Made by a program: the position numbers and the translations under genes
Part shown: positions 38,552 through 47,800 of the stretch, piece by piece
Position numbering within the stretch: the stretch's first letter is position 1
Layout: each line of letters begins with the position of its first letter
Notes under the pieces: generated by a model
What the model saw: the letters and a program-made list of their open reading frames with translations, nothing else
Databases searched by the model: none
What the model was told of the DNA's origin: nothing
NCBI GenBank assembly: GCA_945863035.1
Contig: CAMAZH010000001.1
Coordinates: forward strand, 64,420-128,419
DNA from: Chitinophaga pinensis
Lineage (GTDB): Bacteria > Bacteroidota > Bacteroidia > Bacteroidales > GCA-2748055
DNA: 64,000 bases
Direction of reading: 5' to 3'

Positions 38552-39841
38552 TTATTTTAAAAACTCAATTTTCTGCAACACCATTCCGTAATGACTTCCC
38601 GGTGGATTTTCTTTTATCTTCACGCCGTTCCAGTCGGTTGCGAAATTGCCCGAATACATAAGCCATGCTGTTTTTCCGTCATTGCTGATGAATTTTGAAG
38701 GGATATTCAGGAAATAAGCCTGTTGTCCAAAATCCTTCATATAGGTAACCAGTTTCCATTCGTCGGTCAGCTTATCTGATTCCATGATGTAGGAATTCAT
38801 TTTGGAGCATGTATTTCCTCCATCGGTAACACACATCAGGTATTTTTTAAGCGGAGCATTGTAGGTTACCGTAACGCAACCCATGTTATTGTTCCATTCG
38901 AGCAGGGGCTTAATCTTATTAAAGTCGCTAGTCCAAACTGGATTTCCGTTTTTATCGTTTCCCGCAAAGAATTCGTATTTACTAATGTCGTTTATATTTT
39001 CAATAGTAGGTGTTACACGAAACAAGTATATCTGGTCGCCGGTTATCCATGATGCGTTGTAAAAACGAGGTTGCGTGTCGTTAATATCGGCGCCATGGGC
39101 CACCAGATATGCTTTCCCATCGGGTGAATGTTGCATGTTTTTGCCAAAATCGACAAAATGTGGCGACCCTATTTTTACAGGAAATCCATTCAGTCCTGTT
39201 TCGTTAAAAACAGGTTTTTCGGGTGTGTGCTCACATTCCTTCCAGGAACGTCCAAAATTGGTTGAATAGCGGAAACCCACAAACGGGCCAATCCATGGCC
39301 AGTTGTAAACCATATTTCCGTAACGGGTTGAACCTGCCGGGTCAAGGCAATAGGTACCATAATACCATACTCCGTTGTAAACCAGACTGCCACAAGGATA
39401 TCGCCCGTGATAAGGCAATGATGTGGCATGTGAAAGGCCAAGGCTATAAATATTCAGTTGTAGAGGATCATCCCCTTCAATAACAGCCTGCCCCGTTGAG
39501 GTGCGTTCCAGGCCATATCCCTGAGGAGCATTTCCATCGGAGATTGAAAGATCATTCCCTCCATCTAAGCGGGGACAATGGCCATCGGTATAAGGGGAAT
39601 ATAATTTATCGTCTTCAGCCCATGAAGGATACCAGGTATCAGCTACATGAAAACCGCTTTTGAGACCGGGAAATTTAATTCCGGTTAACTCTTTCGATTG
39701 TTCAAACGGACAATCTGCAGGCGTTTCCGACCTCCAAACAAAGGGTTTATAGCTTAATGTGTCGGGCTTAACCTGTGAGTATGCAATATTCACAAACAGC
39801 GAACAGAAAGTGTAAAGCTTTATAAAACCTGATTTTTTCAT
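38552..39841 (-). CDS. Secreted hypothetical protein, probably beta-propeller-like; function unknown
   Basis: Signal MKKSGFIKLYTFCSLFVNIAYSQ. The composition is rich in beta-strand/Trp-Tyr segments: WYPSWAEDDKLYSPYTDG, GSLVYNGVWYYGTYC, GFRYSTNFGRSWKE, SPDGKAYLVAHGA, TAWLMYSGNF. Its ATG overlaps the stop of the upstream gene (ATGA at 39838..39841). No family assignment is possible by eye. Confidence 0.75.
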   Translation of the reverse strand: MKKSGFIKLYTFCSLFVNIAYSQVKPDTLSYKPFVWRSETPADCPFEQSKELTGIKFPGLKSGFHVADTWYPSWAEDDKLYSPYTDGHCPRLDGGNDLSISDGNAPQGYGLERTSTGQAVIEGDDPLQLNIYSLGLSHATSLPYHGRYPCGSLVYNGVWYYGTYCLDPAGSTRYGNMVYNWPWIGPFVGFRYSTNFGRSWKECEHTPEKPVFNETGLNGFPVKIGSPHFVDFGKNMQHSPDGKAYLVAHGADINDTQPRFYNASWITGDQIYLFRVTPTIENINDISKYEFFAGNDKNGNPVWTSDFNKIKPLLEWNNNMGCVTVTYNAPLKKYLMCVTDGGNTCSKMNSYIMESDKLTDEWKLVTYMKDFGQQAYFLNIPSKFISNDGKTAWLMYSGNFATDWNGVKIKENPPGSHYGMVLQKIEFLK

Positions 39842-41685
39842 TTTTCAATTTTGCTTTTTGCAATATAGTGATAATTAAACCTTCTGTCCGGTGCTGATTC
39901 ACCATTCAGAAAGAAAGCGCTGATGTCTTTCAAATCGGCCGGATTATCAGCCCAATGGAAATAGAAATCAGGTAAAGCAGAAATGCCAATACTTTTCTTT
40001 GGAATACTGATTTCCATTTCTGTGCCTTTCATTCTGAAACTTCCTGTTCCGGTTTTTTTCCAATCTTTCCCGCTCCACGATTTGACACTTGTTTTTTCTC
40101 CATCTTTTTTGCCATAATTGATTACATAATCATAGCCTTCCCAACCTGTTTTTTGATCCTTATCAGAATCGATGAATAAAAGCATCCAATTCTGGTCTTG
40201 GCAGGAAGTAAGGCCATTGGCTGTTCTTACATAGAAATAGATATTTTCTTCATCGAAGGTGACTTTTGAGTTGGTAATGTCGTTGCGACCGGAAGTGTTT
40301 ACCAGTATTTCGCTGTTATTCACGTTCATAAAATTACGGTGCTGGCAATCACCTTCGGGATCAATGAAATCGGGAGCAACATCATTCCATTCCGAAAAAG
40401 CCCCATCAATTATGATTGTTTTTGCAGGGGAGGCGGACTCTTGTTTGCTCAAACCTTTAAACTTTCTGATATGCGAAACCATCTGGTAATAATACGCATC
40501 AGTGTAACCGCCTGTCATAGGTTCAATATCCCGATTGAACTCCATGTTGAATTCATCAACAAAAAACCATCCGTGGGGAATATGGTTACCGAGCGAGTCT
40601 TTTGAAAGGCAAATGGCCTGGTTGACACATCGCCACGAAGGATCGTTCCATTGTTTGCGCATAAAAGGATGCGGGGCATTGGCTGATGAAGGCCAGGCTG
40701 CGGCCGTGAGTTCATTCCAGCCGGTAATGCAGATAATTTGTGGATTTACTTCATGTGCCCTTGCCCATTGTTCTTCAAAAAAATTTCCTTGCGGCGTTTG
40801 ATCACTTAACCAATATTTGTCATATGGAGGAGTATAGCTGGTTGTCGAGCTTGATCCTTGCAATTCAGCATTCCATAGTGGAGACCCCATCGATTTTGTA
40901 ACTGAAATCTGCTCAGCAATCCCGTTACGGAAAAAGGCATCCTGGGGAACACTGTCGAGGAAGTTCCACTGTTTGGGTTCGAATGCCCACGTATAGCGCC
41001 AGGTAAACATGTTCTGAACCAATTCCTCCCTGCAACGTTCACATTGTTTTTTGCATTTTTCGCCACTTGCCATGATCAGGGGTTTGCCTTCCCACATAAA
41101 AATAAGTGGGTTATATTCAGGTTTGTTGTAAAAGTTATCCAATAAGCAGTTCATGGCAGCGTTGTAGCCTTCATTCAGAAAGAAAACAATTTTGGGAACA
41201 GGAATTTTTTGCTTATGCATTTCGAGCGCAACAGTCATAAAATTGCTGAGGGATTTGCAGCCCTGATCGCCGTTGGTAAAATCAATAAAGATGAAGTCAA
41301 CACCGGCATTGGCAAGCATTTGAAGATTTCTGCGGGTGCTCCAGGGATCAGAAGGGTGGTAGAATCCGTTTTCAGGCTCGCACCAATAATAATCCGAACA
41401 TTCAAAGGCGGGACTTTCAGGGTTTTCGTTAATCAGTTCCTGCACTATCTTTTGTTTTCCGTCTTTTAAACGCACATAAGGATGCCAGAGCCAGTAGAAT
41501 ACCCCGATGTATTTATCCGGTTTGGATTCGTCCGATTCAATATATGTCGGGAGAACTCTCCCAAGTCCGTCAGTGGCAACCCAATTGTCGCTGTATGCCT
41601 TAATTGGGGGAGTATTCTGGCCACATATCAGCCTGGCCGAAAACAGTAGTATTATGGCAGAAAGTAATGATAAATTCTTTTTCAT
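39838..41685 (-). CDS. Secreted protein of the same unassigned GH-like family as 25145..26923
   Basis: Signal MKKNLSLLSAIILLFSARLICGQ. Shared motifs: SDNWVATDGLGRVLP, IGVFYWLW, WCEPENGFYHPSDPWSTRRNLQMLANAGVDFIFIDFTNG, ITGWNE, EFNRDIEPM, SGRNDITNSK..LLFIDSDKDQKTGWEGYDY, GESAPDRRFNY. Confidence 0.8.
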   Translation of the reverse strand: MKKNLSLLSAIILLFSARLICGQNTPPIKAYSDNWVATDGLGRVLPTYIESDESKPDKYIGVFYWLWHPYVRLKDGKQKIVQELINENPESPAFECSDYYWCEPENGFYHPSDPWSTRRNLQMLANAGVDFIFIDFTNGDQGCKSLSNFMTVALEMHKQKIPVPKIVFFLNEGYNAAMNCLLDNFYNKPEYNPLIFMWEGKPLIMASGEKCKKQCERCREELVQNMFTWRYTWAFEPKQWNFLDSVPQDAFFRNGIAEQISVTKSMGSPLWNAELQGSSSTTSYTPPYDKYWLSDQTPQGNFFEEQWARAHEVNPQIICITGWNELTAAAWPSSANAPHPFMRKQWNDPSWRCVNQAICLSKDSLGNHIPHGWFFVDEFNMEFNRDIEPMTGGYTDAYYYQMVSHIRKFKGLSKQESASPAKTIIIDGAFSEWNDVAPDFIDPEGDCQHRNFMNVNNSEILVNTSGRNDITNSKVTFDEENIYFYVRTANGLTSCQDQNWMLLFIDSDKDQKTGWEGYDYVINYGKKDGEKTSVKSWSGKDWKKTGTGSFRMKGTEMEISIPKKSIGISALPDFYFHWADNPADLKDISAFFLNGESAPDRRFNYHYIAKSKIEK

Positions 41686-41751
41686 CTGATTAGGTTAAGT
41701 GTCTTTGCCTTATTGCGTCCGGATAGAGTTCTTCCGTTATAAACTCCAAGC

Positions 41752-44700
41752 TCACTCCCCCCTGATTACTTCTATCTCTGCCAGTTGCATCGCATATTTT
41801 CCGAAATACCTGGTTTTTCTGAGTTTGTGGGCTTCAATTTTTATGTACCGTACCGGTTGAGGAGTTATGCTGAATTGTTCAGGTCCGGTAATATCTTTTG
41901 GCTTTTGCTCTGTAAATTGTATTTCAGAAGCGGGATTCATGTAATCCTCCCTTTGTGCAACCTGAGTCCAGTCTATACCATTAACGGATACTAAAATAGT
42001 GAAAGAATGAGGAAAACCGTCGAATGACTGATCGATTTCCCTTGAATTCACAAATGGCTCACTGCAATGCGTATGCTGCCATGCGTCGCCATGATCCAGC
42101 GGCCAAAGGTCAATACGTTTTACCTTCACCGGCTCCTCCAAATCAATCTGCACCCATTCTGTATGAAAGGCATCTTCATGCAGATCGCTGGTCCATCCGC
42201 GATGTCCTGCGCGGGTATTAATTCTTGTGCCATCGGTTAGTTTTTCTACTGACCAGTTTGGTATTTGATTTGTAAAAACATCAGCAATCCCTTCCAGCCT
42301 TGCTAGCTCGGACATTTTTACATTGTCCATAAGTCCATTGTTTTCTTCAGGCATGAAATCGCTGGAAGAAGTAACGGGTTTATATAAAGCAGCATTCCAG
42401 TAGGGCAGGGAAGAAGGCAAAGATTCGACTGGTGAAATCCGGTAAATTATTCCCGGCTTTGTTTCAAATGTATAAACCTGACCGTAAAAAGTATCTTCCA
42501 GGATGCTTTCTGGAATATTTCCAAACTGATCAGTAATTCTAATCGTATTGAACTGCCAGGGATTCAAAACTTTACAGACTCTTCCATTTTCGCTGAATAT
42601 AGAAAAAGGCTGAATAACTCCATTCTTCTTAACAGCATTAACAAGGAAAGCACCTGTTGTCCTGAGTTTTTGGAAACCGGCGTCAGGTAGATGCCAGCAG
42701 GGAAACAGGCGAATAAACCCTTCATGACTTTGAAGAAGCATACTGTTTATCGATTCAACTATTGAGGTGCCTTCTGTGTTGCTTCCCCCGCTTTTAAAAT
42801 TGCTTATCCCGAGTCCGGAATAATAAGTTTTAAACCGTTCCAGAATTTCAGGTGGATGGTGCGCAAGCCGGGCGGCAATGGAAAATATCTGCGTAGGGTT
42901 GTTCATCCATTCGACATAGTATTGAGGTTTAATTATAAGCGTATTTCGTGCAGTATTTAACAATGAAGGACTGGAACTCATTGTAACCTGCTCTGTTGGA
43001 AAAACCGGGTAAAGAATCCAATCTTGTTCGGTTAGCAATGGATTCAACGATTCTTCGCTCCAGGCAAATACTTTTCTGCCATAAGCGTAGCTCAAAGGAT
43101 ATTCGCTCATGTGAAGAAGAAAATCCTTCCATTGGGCAATTTCTTTTTCCCCATAACCAGTGTCGAATCCTTCCGCATTGAGTTCATTAGTAATTTCGAT
43201 CATCGATTTATAAAACCTCTGCAGAAACGCAATTCCGGTGATCCCATTGAACTTGTCATTTCCTGCCCCTTCCATTGGAGCGCTGTTTACAACAACATAC
43301 CTGTAATTCCCATTTAGACTTACTTCCTTGTTTTTCAGTAAATCATAGTCCCAGTAATCGGCAACATCCTTCAGAAAATCATAATTATTTTTCATCCAGT
43401 TAATGTCATAAGTGTAATACCAGTGATTAATCTGATTTAAGGAGGCTTCCACTGCATGGGTACGCTGATCTATTGTCTGGGCTTCATTCAGGTGCCCGGG
43501 AGCAGTAGCTACAAAGAAAACAGTTCCCGGTAATCCCAGTTTCGCTGCATGTCGACGGCCGAAAACATTTGATTCGTTCACAGTGCGGTCATAAGGTTCG
43601 GAAAGTTCTACCCTGTTGGAAGAGAAAGCCCCGTAATACGTGGCCTGATTGTTATAATTCCAATGGTAATCGCCTCCCCATGGAACCATATCATTAACAG
43701 GCCATCCGTTGCATGCGGCCGGCCATTGTCCGGGTTTATTAGCACATGCGAAAACGTAAAGAGCTCCATAGTACACCCTTTCAACCAGATGCTCATCTTT
43801 TAAATCAATAAATGATTTGTTCCAATATGCTGACCACCAGACTCTGTGTTCGGCGATAATTCTTTCAATGGATAATTCATCCAAAGTTTTCAGATCTTTG
43901 AGTAAAGCGGGAACAGGATTTTCGGGATTCATGGTAATGGGTAGTCCTGTAGAATGAACTTTTGTTATGATGAATCTTTTTTCACCGGGCAATAAGGTGA
44001 ATGTTGATGTAGTATTGACATTCTGATTGCCCGGTTCATAGCTCCAGTTGTTTTTTAATGTAATGTTTTCTGTTTTTCCAAAAATACGTGTGCCAACTGC
44101 AGCCCACATTCTGAATTCCCTGCTTCCATAATCATCATGTGCAGGGGGAACATTGGTTTTACGGCTTACCCAGGCAACCGGACTCTGACTTCCGGTTTTT
44201 CCTGCCTGAATTTCAAATGGATTTGTTTTAATACGGTATTGATCTGTGACCGTCTCCACAACAACAGAGACAATTCTTATACCTGTATTTGATATTTCAT
44301 TGATCAGATAATTATCAGCAGGATGAGGGGTGATGGATCGTATTTCGATCGATTCATCACCTTGTGTTAAAGAAGTTTTAACTTCTGCAAACCTTAGGTT
44401 CTGGGTTTGTCTAAAGCTAGTGTTTATTAACGATGGAAAACTTATCCGCAGGTATCCCGGAAGTACATTGGCACTCTGCCAGCCATCGTTTTCCGGCTCA
44501 TTGCATTTATCGCGCCAGAAATCAGTTTTACCCAGGAAAAAAGTAAGGCTGTTAGATGTGCTGCCGGTTGTAATCATCAGGCATCCATTACCCATTACAG
44601 GCGAATGATCCATGGTGAAAAACCCTCCTTCAGCTATTTTCGGAGCACTAATGGTCATGCTGCAGCGATCAAGTATCGATTCGACTGTATTTGACTGACC

Positions 44701-44811
44701 GAAGGCAACTGGAACGCAAAAGAAGGATATCAATAAGCAAAGCAAGGCCGAGTCCCTGCTGATGCTTATTAGATGGAACTTTGAAACTCCGGTGAAACTG
44801 GATCGGTTCAT
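41752..44811 (-). CDS. GH95-like glycoside hydrolase with C-terminal discoidin (F5/8 type C, CBM32-like) domain
   Basis: The N-terminal block SPVMGNGCLMITTGS..LTFFLGKTDFWRD resembles the GNG..lWs block of the GH95 N-terminal domain. WGGDYHWNYNNQATYYGAFSSNRVELSEP resembles the GH95 catalytic-domain block W..y..NiNlQMnYW..n..E. The C-terminal region WNAALYKPVTSSS..KLTDGTRIN..WVQIDLEEPVKVKRIDLWP is discoidin-like. The family call is from memory of motifs and is moderate. Confidence 0.6.
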   Translation of the reverse strand: MNRSSFTGVSKFHLISISRDSALLCLLISFFCVPVAFGQSNTVESILDRCSMTISAPKIAEGGFFTMDHSPVMGNGCLMITTGSTSNSLTFFLGKTDFWRDKCNEPENDGWQSANVLPGYLRISFPSLINTSFRQTQNLRFAEVKTSLTQGDESIEIRSITPHPADNYLINEISNTGIRIVSVVVETVTDQYRIKTNPFEIQAGKTGSQSPVAWVSRKTNVPPAHDDYGSREFRMWAAVGTRIFGKTENITLKNNWSYEPGNQNVNTTSTFTLLPGEKRFIITKVHSTGLPITMNPENPVPALLKDLKTLDELSIERIIAEHRVWWSAYWNKSFIDLKDEHLVERVYYGALYVFACANKPGQWPAACNGWPVNDMVPWGGDYHWNYNNQATYYGAFSSNRVELSEPYDRTVNESNVFGRRHAAKLGLPGTVFFVATAPGHLNEAQTIDQRTHAVEASLNQINHWYYTYDINWMKNNYDFLKDVADYWDYDLLKNKEVSLNGNYRYVVVNSAPMEGAGNDKFNGITGIAFLQRFYKSMIEITNELNAEGFDTGYGEKEIAQWKDFLLHMSEYPLSYAYGRKVFAWSEESLNPLLTEQDWILYPVFPTEQVTMSSSPSLLNTARNTLIIKPQYYVEWMNNPTQIFSIAARLAHHPPEILERFKTYYSGLGISNFKSGGSNTEGTSIVESINSMLLQSHEGFIRLFPCWHLPDAGFQKLRTTGAFLVNAVKKNGVIQPFSIFSENGRVCKVLNPWQFNTIRITDQFGNIPESILEDTFYGQVYTFETKPGIIYRISPVESLPSSLPYWNAALYKPVTSSSDFMPEENNGLMDNVKMSELARLEGIADVFTNQIPNWSVEKLTDGTRINTRAGHRGWTSDLHEDAFHTEWVQIDLEEPVKVKRIDLWPLDHGDAWQHTHCSEPFVNSREIDQSFDGFPHSFTILVSVNGIDWTQVAQREDYMNPASEIQFTEQKPKDITGPEQFSITPQPVRYIKIEAHKLRKTRYFGKYAMQLAEIEVIRGE

Positions 44812-44843
44812 TTTTTAGTACGCTAACGTAAGAATTCTACCTT

Positions 44844-47800
44844 CTAATTCTCTACCGGAATAACCTCAATTCCGGAAACACAGGGAAATCCTTTAATTTC
44901 ATCAAAGGCAATGTTAATATAACCGTCCGTCACCTCGATATTCTTCAGTTGTTTAGCATGAGCTTTTCTGAAACCTGCCTCTTTGTGGATGTCCAATCCC
45001 GAAATCATTTTCTTACCTTCAACTGATACATCAAAAACCCGCTCATTGTCTTTGTCTGTTTCCAGCTCAGAAAAATACAGGTTAACATCGTACGTTCCGT
45101 TTAACACCTCAAAATAGTAATAGAGCTTTGTTGTGTCGCAGGTAGTGAACTGCCAATTCAGCAAATATTCAGCATTGGGATATTCGATTTTAGCTACTGT
45201 TCTCGTGTCGCAGCGTTTTCTGCAGCTCTGGAAAATTTCATTGCCGCTGGATCCGGTAATTGTTGATTCCGTTATGAAGTGGTTTCCAAAATCAAATCCG
45301 TAATCAGGCATCCATTCCACATTATTATTGTCCACATAATAATCTCCACCGGCGTTGATGCGGATAATCCCCTGTTCATATTTTTTACCGGTCACAAATA
45401 TTTCTTTCATTTGCCTGAAATCTTCCGATGAACTTCCAGCCATTAATTGAAACTTACCGGTTTCTACAATAAAGTCATTTTGTTTTATATCCCAGAAGGC
45501 CATTTCTTTTGCGGGGAAAGAAAAACTAACCGTTTTTGTTTCGCCGGGTTCTAAAGAAATCTTTTCGAACCGGATCAGTTTTTTCAGGGGAGTTTTAACA
45601 GATGATTCCATATCGTTGTAATACAATTGGACTACTTCAGAGCCTTTAACCGTACCCGAATTTTTCAAATCGAGGCTTAGTAGAATTGTATCATGGGCAT
45701 TATAGGTTTCCTTGCTTGTATTAATATTGCTGTATTCAAATTTTGTATAGCTGAGTCCGAACCCAAAAGGAAATAGAACTTCATCCTCGAAATACAGGTA
45801 GGTTCGGTTATGCAGTCTGTGACGGTAATTTGTAAATGGGGGCAACTGGTCAACAGATTTATACCATGTCATAGGAAGTTTACCACCGGGATTGAAGTTT
45901 CCAAACAATACATCAGCAACAGCCGTTCCCTGCGTTTGTCCGGCGAACCAGGCTCCAGCAATTGCCGGGATGTTTTCCTTTTCCCAGTCGATGATCAGGG
46001 GAAAACCGACAGCCATGACCAATATTACATTAGGATTGACCTCGTAAACTCTTTGAAGCAATTCTCGCTGTATACTTGGAACATTGAGGTTAGCAGGATC
46101 GAGGCCTTCATTTGCCACTGTCAGATCAGTGCCATAAACAAAAATGACCTGTTCACTTTCGCAGGCGATTTTGATCGCTTCATCAAAACCCGAAATATCA
46201 TTTCCGATAACATTAGAACCCCTTGCATACTTAACAGTTACAGCAGTTTTAGTGGGCGTGTAGTTCTCTTTTTCAGGAATGAAAACGAATGACTCAAGAT
46301 TAAATAAAATACCATCTCCCCCTTTTACGGAAAAGTATATATCATGAATCCCACTGCTTTTTTTCAGGGAGGTTGTTATTGTTTTAAGGTTTTTCATATC
46401 GCCGGTATCTTCAACCTTCACAATCCCGATCAACTTACCTTTTTTACTATCCAGGCGGATTTCAATGATGCCGCCTGCACCTTTACATGCTGCAATAGTT
46501 TGGATTGCTCTGGTGCCGTTTGCCAGATCGATGTCTTTGAACATGAGCCAGTCGCCATCCTTAATCTCAAGCACATGAAGCCGGCCGTCCTCACTGGTGT
46601 TTTGCTTTTCAAATGAGCTGAAATCAACAATTTTGGTAATGTAACTCCCCTGATAGAATCGCTCAGCTTTTAATTTTTGGAATCCGTCCTGTGCTGCACC
46701 TGTAAGGTACCGGATTCCCTGTAAAATAGTTACAGCCTGGTTAGGGAAACCAGTATATCCTCCATATTCGGGTTCTTCTGCTTTTATCCCGATAACTGCA
46801 ATAGATTTGATTTTATCTTTATTTAGGGGCAGGGTGTTATTCTCATTTTTCATCAGCACGATCGATTCTCTGGCAATTTCCAAAGCAAGATTCTGATGTT
46901 CTGAACAATTCAGAAGACTGTCAGGATAATTACGATAAGGAACATTTTCTTTTGGATCCAGATCACCCAACATAAACCGGGATTTTAAAACCCGTTTTAG
47001 GGCAAGGTCAATATCTTCTTCTTTCAGGTAGCCCTTTTCGAAAGTTGATTTAAGATATTTACTGTAATAATCGCCGCAATTCAGGTCAGTTCCTGCAGCG
47101 ATGGCAAGCTGAACGGCTTTTTCATTTTCAGTAACATAATACTGCCGATTTACGATATCTGAAACGGCCCAGCAGTCTGACACAACATACCCATTGAATC
47201 CCCACTCATCCCTGAGCACTTTATTCAGAAGCCATTTATTGGCACAATTAGGGATGCCATTAAGCCCACGATAAGTACACATGATGGATACCGACTTTGC
47301 TTCCTTAACGGCTGCCTCAAAAGCAGGCATATAATATTCACGAAGATCACGCATATCCGTGAAGGATGATGATATACTCCTTTGAAATTCTGAATTATCA
47401 GCGACGAAATGCTTTACGGTCGCAACTGCCTGCAGATAATCCGGATTATTTCCCTGTATCCCTTTTACAAATGATACGCCCATTCTGGCAGTGAGATACG
47501 GATCTTCACTGTATGCCTCTTCAGTTCGTCCCCAGCGCGGATCACGAGCAAGATTAATTGTTGGACTGAAATAGGTCAGACCTTTTCCGGATTGATTATT
47601 AAAAACCCTTGCCTCGACACCGATAACATTTGCCATTTTCCGGATAAGTTCGGGATTCCAGGTGCTTCCGAGTCCGATTACCTGCGGAAAAACTGTTGCC
47701 TCCTTCCAGCGGGCCACTCCATGAAGAGCCTCGCTCCAGTATCCCCACTGTTTCAGGCCTAAGCGAGGTATAGCAACTGCATCAAAATGCAACTGGCTGA

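Noticed and set aside
39838-39841. A 4-nt overlap between two minus-strand genes, which could have indicated a frameshifted single gene.
   Set aside because: The downstream ORF starts with its own signal peptide (MKKSGFIKLYTFCSLFVNIAYSQ), and the upstream protein ends at the same point as its paralogue. These are two genes with an ATGA overlap, not a pseudogene.
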